A DNA stretch of 64,000 nt, taken from the NCBI GenBank assembly GCA_965203515.1, contig OZ241907.1, forward strand, positions 1,792,001 through 1,856,000, given 5' to 3'. Under the pieces are notes generated by a model that was not told the origin of the DNA, searched no databases, and saw only the letters and a program-made list of their open reading frames with translations. Source of the DNA: Spirochaetia bacterium. Its GTDB lineage: Bacteria > Spirochaetota > Spirochaetia > SZUA-6 > Bin103. Below are positions 1 to 9,292 of the stretch, one piece after another; the first letter of the stretch is position 1; every line of letters begins with the position of its first letter. Position numbers and translations under genes: made by a program.

Positions 1-971
1 CGCCAGCTCACATTGTTGACCGTGATCAGGACCGCCAGATTGATCACCGACTTGAACAGACCCGCGGCGGTCGCGTACGCGTGGCGGCTGTGCTCCAGGC
101 CGACCCGCACGATCAGCGTGTCGACGATATCCGATACCGAGCGGATGAACGGGGTGCCGAGTATGTAGACCTGATCGAACGTGTCGCCGGTGCCCTCCAT
201 GATCTGCGAGCACCGCAGGATCAGCAGGATCATGAAGGTGCCGAGCAGGTGCGGCCACGTGATGTGGATCGCCTTCGTCCAGCGTCCGCCGCCGTCGATC
301 TCGCACGCTTCGTACATCTCCTGATCGATGCCGGCGATCACCGCCAGGTAGATGATCGACGAAAAGCCGACCTCCTTCCAGAAGTCGGACAGGATCAGCA
401 GCGGCACGAAGAAGCTCCGGTCGTTGATCAAGTCTACCGGCTCGTTCACCAAGCCCAGGGCGAGGAGCAGGGCGTTGAGCGGCGAGGTGGGCGTCGGCCG
501 CAGGAAGTTGGAGATCATGCCGCCCACCACGACCCAGGAGATGAAGTGCGGCAGATACGACACGGTCTGCGCCGTCTTCTTGAAGCCGCGGTGCGACGTC
601 TCGTTGAGCATCAGGGCCAGCGCAACCGGCGGCAGCGACAGCAGCCCCAGCTTGAGCACCGATATGACCAGGGTGTTGCGCAGGACCTGGCTGAAGTTGG
701 GCGCCCTGAAGAAATCGATGAAGTGCTCGAAGCCGCCGTTGTCGGCCCAGGCGCTGGCCCAGATGCCGTCGAAGACGTCGTAGTCCTTGAAGGCGATGAC
801 GATCCCGTACAGCGGCAGGTATTTGAAGAGGATGGTGGCCAGCAGCGACGGCAGGATCATCAGGTGCAGCACGAGGATGCCGCGGTCGGCCCAGCGCCGC
901 CGGCGCGCGAGCGGGCCGGCTACGGTCTGTGGAGTCAGTTCGCTTACGGTCTGTGGAGTGAGTCCGCTCAT
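1..971 (-). CDS. Carbohydrate ABC transporter permease (LplB-like), 3' end runs off the window
   Basis: Read by hand from ATG at 971: MSGLTPQTV...LFKYLPLYGIVIAFKDYDVFDGIW...QTVSYLPHFISWVVVGGM...YLAVIAGIDQEMYEACEIDGGGRW (EAA loop). Lies downstream of the binding-protein gene. Confidence 0.9.
   Translation of the reverse strand, partial: MSGLTPQTVSELTPQTVAGPLARRRRWADRGILVLHLMILPSLLATILFKYLPLYGIVIAFKDYDVFDGIWASAWADNGGFEHFIDFFRAPNFSQVLRNTLVISVLKLGLLSLPPVALALMLNETSHRGFKKTAQTVSYLPHFISWVVVGGMISNFLRPTPTSPLNALLLALGLVNEPVDLINDRSFFVPLLILSDFWKEVGFSSIIYLAVIAGIDQEMYEACEIDGGGRWTKAIHITWPHLLGTFMILLILRCSQIMEGTGDTFDQVYILGTPFIRSVSDIVDTLIVRVGLEHSRHAYATAAGLFKSVINLAVLITVNNVSW
921..968. repeat. 24-bp imperfect tandem duplication at the 5' end of the permease (SGLTPQTV/SELTPQTV)
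   Basis: tacggtctgtggagtcagttcgct followed by tacggtctgtggagtgagtccgct. Confidence 0.9.
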
Positions 972-993
972 CGCGCTCTAATCCGGTCGGAAG

Positions 994-1026
994 CGAGAGG
1001 GGCGGCGCGGCGCGCCGCCCCTCTCG
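994..1026 (-). terminator. GC-rich stem-loop between binding-protein and permease genes (mRNA stabiliser or partial terminator)
   Basis: cgagaggggcggcgcg-g-cgcgccgcccctctcg is a perfect 16-bp inverted repeat with no strong U-tract. Confidence 0.6.
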
Positions 1027-1050
1027 GGATGTCGTGAAACGGGTCGGACC

Positions 1051-2769
1051 CTACAGGCCGACGCTGTACTTCTGGACGCGCGCGTCGCGTCCTTCCAGCA
1101 CTTCGGTGTACCAGGCGTTGAGCACGTCCAGCCCCAGCTCGCGCATGGTGGCCAGCATCTCGTCGTAGCGCGCCTGCACCTCATCCCCCGGTCCGGAGAT
1201 GATCTCGAAGATCTGGGTGCTGTAGTAGTCCTTGATGGTCGCGGCGACCTTCTCCTCCTCGGAGCCGGCCGGATAGTTGTCGACGCCGCGGTTCCAGGAG
1301 AGGTCCGTGTAGTTGGCGAACGCGGTCTGGTAGATCTGCTTGCCGATGTCGTCGATGAACAGGAAGCCCTGCGCCTCGCCCCAGTACTTGTCCCGGAACG
1401 GATACATGGCGGACAGCCCGTACTCGGCCCGGTAGATCTGCATCGGCTGCTCTGCCGCGACCTTCCGGACTTCGTCCCTGATCAACGGGATGTCCCAACC
1501 GTCCACGGTGTTCGGATCGGAATGGACCCCTTCGAAGCCGTAGATGATGCGCTTCTGGGTCAGATCCTGGGCCAGGTAGTCGAGCCACTGGATCGCCCGG
1601 TCGGGGCGCTCGGCCTGCTTGGTGATCATCGTGCCGCTGCCGCCCACGCCGCCGCGCAGGTCGTCGACCTCGTACTTCATGTGCGGCTCGATCGTGAACG
1701 CCGGCAGCATCCAGTACCGCACGCCATCGACGCCGAGCTTTTCGGCCAACGGCTTGCGCGCCTCGATGAACGTGGGGTTGTTGTGGAAGCCGGAGGCGTT
1801 GTCGGCGTCTTCGTTCAGCTCGGAGAAGACGTTGGTGAGCACGTTGCCCCAGAGCTGCGGCTGCTTGTCCGTGAACTCCGTGCGCGCGATGAGCTGCTCG
1901 TTGAACAGGGTGTTGGCGAACTGCAGCACCTTCACGAAGTCGGGGTGCTCCCAGTACTTGATCCACACGCCGTCGTCCTGCTTGAAGAAGCGCTGGTTGA
2001 GGCCGCCCAGCGGCAGCGACCGCTCCACCAAGCGGGGGTTGCCGTCCTTGTCCGGGGACGGACCGCGCAACGACTGCACGGGCGTCAGCTCCGGGAACTC
2101 CTGCTTCACCCGGCGCAGCAGGTCGACGTAGTCATCGGTGTTGTTGATCTCCGGCGAGCCGAGGTGCTCGTACACTTCCTTGAGCACCGTCACGCCCTGC
2201 ATCGCCTTGAGCAGGAACGGGCTCTCGATCTGCCAGTCCTTCACGTAGTAGGCCGGATGGAAGTAGAAGCCCATGTCGTCGAAGTGCATCCGGTAGTAGA
2301 GGCGGATGCGGCTGTCCCAGTTGTCCATGTACTTGGGCGCGTAGGTCTGGCTCAGTTCGTCCAGGTCCCACACCAGGCCGCGCTGCACGAGCTGGGTGGC
2401 CTGCTGCAGGTTGTGGCTCATCCGTATCATGTCGGGCAGGTCGCCGGAGGCGATCAGCACGTTGAGCATGGTCTGGTCGCTGTCGGGCGCGAAGATCATG
2501 TCGAAGTCGACTCCGGTCTCCTCCAGGAACACGGAGGTGATCTGGTCGTCGCCGTAGTGCTCGTTGAGGTTGCTGTCGCTCCCCGCCATGCCGTCGAAGA
2601 AGAAGGAGAGCGTGATCGGGCTGGTGTCGGTCGTCCAGCTCGGATCGGCGATCATCATCTGCTCGCCGGCCATGGCCGCGCCCCCCTCTTCGGTGCCGGC
2701 GGCCCATGCCGTCATGCTGAGGGTGAGCAGCAGTGCCAGTGCGATCCCCCCCGCGGTCAGCTTTCTCAT
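1051..2769 (-). CDS. ABC transporter extracellular solute-binding protein (carbohydrate, family 1-like)
   Basis: 572 aa with signal peptide (…TAWA-AGTEE), EETGVDF, LNVLIASGDLPDMI and P-D-R-A-I-Q-W-L-D-Y-L motifs. A-G-rich SD upstream. Confidence 0.9.
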   Translation of the reverse strand: MRKLTAGGIALALLLTLSMTAWAAGTEEGGAAMAGEQMMIADPSWTTDTSPITLSFFFDGMAGSDSNLNEHYGDDQITSVFLEETGVDFDMIFAPDSDQTMLNVLIASGDLPDMIRMSHNLQQATQLVQRGLVWDLDELSQTYAPKYMDNWDSRIRLYYRMHFDDMGFYFHPAYYVKDWQIESPFLLKAMQGVTVLKEVYEHLGSPEINNTDDYVDLLRRVKQEFPELTPVQSLRGPSPDKDGNPRLVERSLPLGGLNQRFFKQDDGVWIKYWEHPDFVKVLQFANTLFNEQLIARTEFTDKQPQLWGNVLTNVFSELNEDADNASGFHNNPTFIEARKPLAEKLGVDGVRYWMLPAFTIEPHMKYEVDDLRGGVGGSGTMITKQAERPDRAIQWLDYLAQDLTQKRIIYGFEGVHSDPNTVDGWDIPLIRDEVRKVAAEQPMQIYRAEYGLSAMYPFRDKYWGEAQGFLFIDDIGKQIYQTAFANYTDLSWNRGVDNYPAGSEEEKVAATIKDYYSTQIFEIISGPGDEVQARYDEMLATMRELGLDVLNAWYTEVLEGRDARVQKYSVGL

Positions 2770-2810
2770 AGGTGTGTTTCCCCCTTGATGAGAGTTGTGT
2801 ATGTGCCGCC

Positions 2811-2839
2811 ATGATGGGCGATCGCGCGCCGCTTGTCAA
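2811..2839 (-). promoter_or_regulatory. Putative sigma70 promoter of the ABC operon
   Basis: Minus strand reads TTGACA-17 nt-CATCAT. Confidence 0.55.
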
Positions 2840-2858
2840 ACCCCGCGGCCGGCGGCGG

Positions 2859-3857
2859 TCAGCCTCTGCCCAGAAAGCGGTCGCGGCCGGCGGCCAGCGC
2901 CCGCAGCTTGCCGTCCGCCGCGGGGCGCGGCAGCATCCGCAGGCCGCAGTCGGGATGCAGGTAGGCGATCCGCTCGGCGCCGACGGTCCGCGCCAGCGCC
3001 TCGATGCGCCGCGCCACCAAGTCCGGCGTCTCGACCTGCAGGTCCTTGACGTCGATCACGCCCAGCCCCAACCGCAGGCCGGCGCGCACCTCGCGCAGGC
3101 GCTCCAGCTCCGCCGGCGCGCGGCGGGTGGTCTCCAGCACCAGGTGGTGGCAGCGCAGCGCGTTCATGAAGTCGATCAGCCGGCCGTAGTCGCCGCGCTG
3201 AAGCGTCTGCCCGCTGTAGTTGCCGAAGCAGAGGTGGACGGCCCGCCGCGCGCCGCGCTCGACCCCCTCCAGCAGCCGGTTGATCGCCGCCGCCGCCAGC
3301 GCGCCGTCGGCGGGCGAGCCGGGCAGGTTCGGTTCGTCGACCTGCACGACCGCGGCGTCGATGCCGGAAAGCTGGCCGGCCAGCAGCTCGGCGAACGCCA
3401 TCGCCAGCGACTGCAGGTCGCCGTAGTGGGCGTCGGCCACGGTCTTGGCCAGCAGGTAGGGGCTCGACACCGTGAACTTGAGCGGCGCGTCCGCGCGGGC
3501 GCGGGCGCGGTCCCAGTCCCGCTTCAGGTTGAGGCGCCCGTCGCCGAGCGGCCCCACCACCACGCCGGGCGGCGCGCTGCGGAACGCCATGTCGCCGCGC
3601 GACCGGTACGCGTCGAGTTGGCCGCGCGTCAGTTCCGCCTCGACCCCTTCCAGGGGCCGCACGAACCGCTCCACCATCCCGCCCGGCGCGCGCCGTTGCA
3701 GATCCCAACGGCCCAGTTCGCCGTCGCCGATCAACTCGATGCCGGCGCGCCGTTGCGCGTCCAGCACCACGGTCAGGGCGTCGTCGAGCGCCTCATCGTC
3801 CGAGCGCTGCTTCAGCCAGTCGGGGACCGGATAGCTGCCGACGACGGTGGTGGTCAC
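2859..3857 (-). CDS. Cobalamin-independent methionine synthase II family protein (MetE catalytic domain only)
   Basis: C-terminal 332 aa of ORF 2859..8045 from a GTG overlapping the upstream stop. Motifs TTVVGSYPVP, GDGE, QVDEP, HLCFGN, LGVIDVK, PDCGL include the Zn ligands. Confidence 0.88.
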   Translation of the reverse strand: MTTTVVGSYPVPDWLKQRSDDEALDDALTVVLDAQRRAGIELIGDGELGRWDLQRRAPGGMVERFVRPLEGVEAELTRGQLDAYRSRGDMAFRSAPPGVVVGPLGDGRLNLKRDWDRARARADAPLKFTVSSPYLLAKTVADAHYGDLQSLAMAFAELLAGQLSGIDAAVVQVDEPNLPGSPADGALAAAAINRLLEGVERGARRAVHLCFGNYSGQTLQRGDYGRLIDFMNALRCHHLVLETTRRAPAELERLREVRAGLRLGLGVIDVKDLQVETPDLVARRIEALARTVGAERIAYLHPDCGLRMLPRPAADGKLRALAAGRDRFLGRG

Positions 3858-4768
3858 CGGCCGCCGCTCCGCGCCTCCGCCCAGGAGCGGGCCCGCTCGA
3901 CCGATACCGCTCCGTCGTACGCGACGACGCGGACGCCGATCTCCCAGGCATCGCCTTCGGCGACCGACGCCTGGTCGTCCATCGTCGCGTTGAACATCGC
4001 CAGCCCGTAGTCCCGGACGAACCACGGCCCGGTACGGCGATCGTGCGCGGTGTCGTCGAGGATCAGCACGCAGACGCCGAAGCGTCCCAGGCCGGCCGGT
4101 TCCGCCTCGTACGCGACGAAGTCGCGCTCCTTGCCGAACGCCGCCTCGTCCGCGCTGCCGCGATGGACCTCCTCGCCCCGGCCGGCGACGATCCGGCCCC
4201 CGAACGGCGGCAGGAGCTGCGGCTGGACCCGCACCCCCGCCGTGCCGTGCTTGTTGGCTTCGATCCGCAGGTCGCCGTAGGCGGCGGTCTGACGCGAGGT
4301 GACGTCGCACACGGTGGCGTCGGCGACGGCGTACAGGTCGAAGTGACGGGTCTCGTCCAGCACCGGCGCGCCGTCCGAGCCGATCCATGTGCTGCGGTAG
4401 GTGAACCGGTACCCGGTCGGCAGCGGCGTGACCTGGGCGCGGTCGCGATAGCGGATCTGCCCCAGGTCGTTGTAGACCTCCGCGTCGGGGGAGCGCCAGT
4501 CGGGATGCACCACCCAGAAGTTCGACAGCACGCCGCCGCGCACCACCCGCGCCTGCGCCACGAACACGCCGTTGTGGAAGGCGTGATCGAACGGGTACTC
4601 CTGCGTCACGCCGAGTCCGCGCGGGGTATTGAGCGGATAGCACCAGGCGCGCAGGTCGTTGTGGCCGACCCCGCCGAGCAGGCGGCCGGTCGCGGTCTCC
4701 ATGACCATGTTGCCGAGCGCGTCGGCGGTGCCAGCGCGCCGTATCTCGAAGCCGTTCCCAGTACCCAT
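3854..4768 (-). CDS. DUF6807 ('PmoA-like') family protein
   Basis: YPLNTPRG…EYPFDHAFHNGVF, VLDETR and WFVRDYGL motifs. Start chosen at ATG 4768. Confidence 0.7.
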   Translation of the reverse strand: MGTGNGFEIRRAGTADALGNMVMETATGRLLGGVGHNDLRAWCYPLNTPRGLGVTQEYPFDHAFHNGVFVAQARVVRGGVLSNFWVVHPDWRSPDAEVYNDLGQIRYRDRAQVTPLPTGYRFTYRSTWIGSDGAPVLDETRHFDLYAVADATVCDVTSRQTAAYGDLRIEANKHGTAGVRVQPQLLPPFGGRIVAGRGEEVHRGSADEAAFGKERDFVAYEAEPAGLGRFGVCVLILDDTAHDRRTGPWFVRDYGLAMFNATMDDQASVAEGDAWEIGVRVVAYDGAVSVERARSWAEARSGGR

Positions 4769-4862
4769 GCCGGTACGGTGGCGCAGGGCTGCCGCCGCGT
4801 CTACCGTCGGGACCGGATGGCGCGCCGCCGCGGCGCGCGTGCGGTAGACTGCCGGAAACGAC

Positions 4863-7800
4863 ATGGAACCACTGCCACCGATCGACGTCGCCGAACCGGA
4901 GCGGATCGCTGCCCTGACCGAGGCGCCCGACACCGTGAGCTTTCGCGCCGACGCCTCCGAGAATCTGGACGGTCTGGTGCCCGACGTCGGGCTGACCGGC
5001 GCGTACCCCTACCGCAGCGTCTACCGGCCGCGCAGCTTCGCGCGCGCCGGCCTGCCGGCCACCCTGACGCATCGCTTCTGGGACACCATCGACGGCACCG
5101 GCGACCACACCGGCCGGCGCTACGTCGGCGTGGTGATGTACGACCAGCACGGCTTCGACTGCCGGCTGGAGGTGACCCTGGGCGCCGATCCGATCGGCTG
5201 CATGGCGCCGTTCCGGCACGACAATCGGCGCCATCTCTACGTCCTGGACCGCGCCGTCGAGTTCAGGGGAGAGATGGAGGTGTTGCGCATCACCGGTACC
5301 GGCGATGCGTCCTATCGGCTGGAGCGCGTCGTGCTGCTCCGGGAACGGCCGGAGCCGACCGACTACCGGCCGCGCATCGACCGTCTGACCGCGCGCCTGC
5401 GGCGGCGCGCGGACGGCTCGTGGGCGGTCGCCGTCGACGCCGTCACGTGGCCGGCGGCTCGTTGCGAGGTCGCCGTGATCCGCGCCGACACCGGCGAGAC
5501 GGTCGCCGCCGCTGAGGAGGAGGGCGCGCGGAGCCTGCACTCGATCGGCGTGACCGGGGTGCCGGCGCCGCCGGCGGCCGGGTACCGGGCGCGGGTCCGA
5601 GCCGTCGAGGCCGGCGGGCGGCAGGAGACCGCTGACGTGGCCGTGACCGGCGAGCCGGCCGGCGCCGCCGGGGCCGCCGGGCCGGTCTCCGTGCCGATGG
5701 AGCTCTGCAACTTGGCCGACGCCGAGCTGCGCGCGCTGCCGGTCACCTTCGGCGTGCCGGTGCCGCGCGGCCGCTTGACCGGCGCCGTCGAGGGGCGCTG
5801 GGAAGCGGCGGGCGGGGCGGCGCCGGTGCAGTGCCGGCCGCACGGCTTCTGGCCGGACGGATCGGCGAGCTGGGTGCTGGTCGACGGCTGCCTGCCGCAG
5901 CCGGCCGCGCCGCACGCCCGGCTGGCCGGGACGGTGACCCTCACGCCGGCGCCGGCGCCGGGCGTTGCGGCTCCCGCCGGCGGTCTGCGCTGCACGGCCG
6001 CGGCGGACGCGGTGTCGGTGACCGGCGACTCGCTGCGCGTGCGGGTGACCGCCGGCGCGGGCGAGCCGCTGCCGGCGATCGAGACCCGCGCCGGCGGCGG
6101 ACCGTGGCGCGCCGCGCACGCCGGCAGCAGCGCGGCGCTCACCCTGGGCAGCGGCGCGGAGCTCCGCCAGGGGCCGGTCTGCGACCTCTGCCTGGAGGAG
6201 CAGGGGTGGCAGCGCGCCGTGATCCGTTACCGCTTCGCGCATCTCGACCGGGACGGGGTGGCGCACCTGGTCAGCACCGTCCGCGTCCACGTCTACCGCG
6301 GGCTGCAGGCGGTGCGGATCGTGCACCGCCTGCAGGTCAGCTCCCCGCACCTGCCGCCGGCGGCCGGCGGCAGCGTCGATGACATGCCGGCGGACGCCGC
6401 CACCGCGCGCGGAGCGATCGCCGGCGCCGACGGCGAGCAGGCGACCCTGCTGGTGGTGCGCGGCGCGTCGCTGACGATCCGCCGCGCCGGCAACGACCTC
6501 GTGGACTGGCCGGACGGACCGGCCGGCGGCGCCGCGGTCCCGGCGGGCGGCGCCGTGCGGCTGCTCCATGACCACGATCAGGGGTACCGCGTCGAAGACG
6601 GCCGCGCTGCGCGCGAAGCGGCGGGCCGCGTTGCCGGCCACGTCACGGTGCGCACCGCCGCCGGAGCCGGCGCCGGGAACCCGGACGCGGAGCCCTTCAC
6701 CGTGGCGCTGCGCCGCTTCTGGCAGACCTGCCCGCGCGCCGTACGGGTCACCGGCGCCGAGGTCGCGATGGAGCTGCTGCCCGAACCCGGCGGCGCCGCG
6801 CGGCCCGGCGACGCGGAGGCGTGGCACCGCATCGACTTCTGGCTCCGCGAAGACGGCTATCTGCTCAAGGCGGGGATGGCGCTCACCAGCGAGCTGCTGC
6901 TGGCCTGCGGGCCGCGCGACGAAGCGCTGCTCGCCTGGTTCGAGGAGCCGCCGGCGGTGCGCCCGTCGCTCGACTGGCTCAACGGCTGCGGCGTGCTCGG
7001 CCCGCTGGCCGCCAAGGATACCGGCGTGCTGGAGAGCTACGAGCAGGCCGTGGACGGCGGCTATGAGCAGTGGATCGCCGACCGCGACCTCCGGCGCCAA
7101 TACGGATGGGTCAACTTCGGCGACTGGTACGGAGAGAGCGCCTGGTCGTGGGGCAACAATGAATACGACCCGCCGTTCGCGCACTACGGCGAGTTCCTGC
7201 GCGGCGGCGATCCGCGCTGGTTCAGCCTTGCCGCCGAAGCGGCGCGGCACCTGACCGACGTCGACACCATCAACGCCTCCACCGACGCCGATCAGATCGG
7301 CGCTCAGTACACCCACATGCCCGGCCATGCCGGCGGCTACCTGCCGCCGTGGTTTCGCAGCAAGATGGGCGGCTCGAGCAGCGCGCCGTCGCACACCTGG
7401 GTGGAGGGGCCGGCGCTCCACTACCTGCTGACCGGCGACGAGAACCTGCGCGAGTCGCTCGACCGCACCGCCGGCTGGCTGCTCGGCGCCGGCCTCAAGG
7501 ACTTCGCCGGCGGCATCGAGCACTACGACTTCGCCAACTGCCGCGAGTGTGGCTGGCACCTGATCCACCTCACCGCGCTGGCGCGCATGAGCGCCTCGCC
7601 CCGCTACCTCAACGCCGCCGCGTTGATCGTCGCCCGCGTGCTGGAACGGCAGGAGCCGGGCGGCGGCTGGGAGCGCGTGCTCAAGGAGGGTCACTGCGGC
7701 TGCGAGCCACCGCGCGAGCGGGGCGAGGCCGGCTTCATGGTCGGCGTGCTGCTCTCCGGCCTGCGCCGCTACCACGAGCTGACCGGCGACCGGCGGGTCG

Positions 7801-8174
7801 CGGAGGCGATCACGGGCGGGGTGCGCTGGCTGATCCGCCGTACCTACGACGCCGCCAGCGGCCACTTCAGCTATACCCCGTGCCGGCGCCGCGGCGGCGG
7901 CCCGCAACCGGTATACACCCGCCAGGTGATCGAGGGCGTGGCCTACGCGCACGCCCTTACCGGCGACGCCGAACTGCGGGCGATGGTGGAGCGCGGCCTG
8001 CGCGATCTGGGCGATCTGCCGACCGCCTCCCCGGAGGCCGATCACGCCGGCTTCGGCAAGGACTGGGCCAGCCAGACCCGTTACGTCCCTTCGCTGCTGG
8101 CGTACCTCACCCGCCCGCCGGCAGGCGGGCCGTCGGACGGGTCGGCTGGCCGACAGCGCAGCCGGGCGCCGTGA
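4863..8174 (+). CDS. Large YetA/PcRGLX-like protein (RIFT barrel, beta-sandwich, alpha/alpha toroid), putative polysaccharide lyase
   Basis: 1103 aa. PVTFGVPVPRG, WPDGSASWVLVD, YGWVNFGDW, WGNNEYD, ARHLTDVD and SHTWVEG motifs. Confidence 0.65.
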   Translation: MEPLPPIDVAEPERIAALTEAPDTVSFRADASENLDGLVPDVGLTGAYPYRSVYRPRSFARAGLPATLTHRFWDTIDGTGDHTGRRYVGVVMYDQHGFDCRLEVTLGADPIGCMAPFRHDNRRHLYVLDRAVEFRGEMEVLRITGTGDASYRLERVVLLRERPEPTDYRPRIDRLTARLRRRADGSWAVAVDAVTWPAARCEVAVIRADTGETVAAAEEEGARSLHSIGVTGVPAPPAAGYRARVRAVEAGGRQETADVAVTGEPAGAAGAAGPVSVPMELCNLADAELRALPVTFGVPVPRGRLTGAVEGRWEAAGGAAPVQCRPHGFWPDGSASWVLVDGCLPQPAAPHARLAGTVTLTPAPAPGVAAPAGGLRCTAAADAVSVTGDSLRVRVTAGAGEPLPAIETRAGGGPWRAAHAGSSAALTLGSGAELRQGPVCDLCLEEQGWQRAVIRYRFAHLDRDGVAHLVSTVRVHVYRGLQAVRIVHRLQVSSPHLPPAAGGSVDDMPADAATARGAIAGADGEQATLLVVRGASLTIRRAGNDLVDWPDGPAGGAAVPAGGAVRLLHDHDQGYRVEDGRAAREAAGRVAGHVTVRTAAGAGAGNPDAEPFTVALRRFWQTCPRAVRVTGAEVAMELLPEPGGAARPGDAEAWHRIDFWLREDGYLLKAGMALTSELLLACGPRDEALLAWFEEPPAVRPSLDWLNGCGVLGPLAAKDTGVLESYEQAVDGGYEQWIADRDLRRQYGWVNFGDWYGESAWSWGNNEYDPPFAHYGEFLRGGDPRWFSLAAEAARHLTDVDTINASTDADQIGAQYTHMPGHAGGYLPPWFRSKMGGSSSAPSHTWVEGPALHYLLTGDENLRESLDRTAGWLLGAGLKDFAGGIEHYDFANCRECGWHLIHLTALARMSASPRYLNAAALIVARVLERQEPGGGWERVLKEGHCGCEPPRERGEAGFMVGVLLSGLRRYHELTGDRRVAEAITGGVRWLIRRTYDAASGHFSYTPCRRRGGGPQPVYTRQVIEGVAYAHALTGDAELRAMVERGLRDLGDLPTASPEADHAGFGKDWASQTRYVPSLLAYLTRPPAGGPSDGSAGRQRSRAP

Positions 8175-9256
8175 ACGCCGGCATCGACGGCTCGCCGCGC
8201 GTCCCGGCGGCCGCCCTGCGGGAGCTTGGCGCCCGCGCGCTGCGCGCCGCCGGGGTACCGGACCGGGACGCGGCGATCGTGGCCGAGGTGATGGTGACCA
8301 ACGAGATGCGCGGCATCAGCCACGGCGTCGCGCTGCTCGCGCCGTATCTTCGACACGTCCGGGCCGGCGGCATGAACGCGGCCCCCCGCATCGCCGTCGA
8401 ACGCGACGTGGGCGCGACGCTGGTGCTGAACGGCGACGCCGGCCTCGGCCCGCTGGTCGCGTATCGGGCCATGGAGCTGGCGATCGAGCGGGCGCGCCGG
8501 CACGGCGTGGCGTTCGTGGTGGCGCGGGACGGCAACAACTTCGCCGCCGCCGGCTACTACGCCAAGATGGCCGCCGACGCCGGCATGGCCGGCGTGGCGA
8601 TGACCAACGCCGACCCGACGATGGCGGTCGCCGGCGGGGCCGGCCGAACGGTCGGCAACAACCCGCTGGCCTGCGCGGTACCGGGCGCCGGCGATCGGGC
8701 GGTCTACCTCGACGTCGCCATGAGCGCCGTGGCCGGTACCAAGCTGGCGATCGCGGCGCGCGAAGGTCGATCGATCCCGGCGGGCTGGGCGCTCGACGCC
8801 GACGGCGCTCCCTCGACCGATCCGGCCGTGATGAAGCGGGGCGGCTCGCTGGTCCCGTTCGGCGGCTACAAGGGCTCCGGGCTGGCGCTGATGATCGAGT
8901 GCCTGACCGGCGTGCTGGGCGGCGCCGCGATCATGGCGGAGATGCGCGACTGGGTACGCGACCCCGCCGGGCGCAGCGACCAGGCGCACAGCTTCATCGC
9001 CGTCGATATCGAGCCGCTGGTGCCGCTGGCCGAGTTCAAGGAGCGCATGGCGCGGTTGACGGGGCAGGTGCGCGGCGCGCCGCGCGCCCCCGGCGTGGAT
9101 CGCATCTATATGCCGGGCGACATCGAGCATGAGCGGGAGCGCGACGCGCTGCGGAACGGCGTGCCGTTGCGCGGCGCCACCGTCGCCGGCCTGCGCGATC
9201 TGGGCGAGCTGGCCGGCCTTGCCGCGGAGGTAGCGGCGCTGCTGGAAGGCGCCTGA
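8171..9256 (+). CDS. Ldh_2 family (malate/L-lactate/sulfolactate-type) oxidoreductase
   Basis: GTG overlaps the upstream stop. GISHG, GNNPLA, GWALDADG-P-STDP, GGYKGSGL and IYMPGDIE motifs. Confidence 0.88.
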   Translation: MNAGIDGSPRVPAAALRELGARALRAAGVPDRDAAIVAEVMVTNEMRGISHGVALLAPYLRHVRAGGMNAAPRIAVERDVGATLVLNGDAGLGPLVAYRAMELAIERARRHGVAFVVARDGNNFAAAGYYAKMAADAGMAGVAMTNADPTMAVAGGAGRTVGNNPLACAVPGAGDRAVYLDVAMSAVAGTKLAIAAREGRSIPAGWALDADGAPSTDPAVMKRGGSLVPFGGYKGSGLALMIECLTGVLGGAAIMAEMRDWVRDPAGRSDQAHSFIAVDIEPLVPLAEFKERMARLTGQVRGAPRAPGVDRIYMPGDIEHERERDALRNGVPLRGATVAGLRDLGELAGLAAEVAALLEGA

Positions 9257-9292
9257 GACCCGCCGCGGTCGCGGTATCGACGGAGACCGGCT

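Noticed and set aside
3854..4768. Methane monooxygenase subunit
   Set aside because: The 'PmoA' label of this family is nominal. The protein is soluble-looking and no pmoB/pmoC are present.
3858..8045. 1728-aa minus-strand ORF
   Set aside because: Only the last 332 aa (MetE-like) are real. The rest is antisense or off-frame to other genes, which is typical of high-GC DNA.
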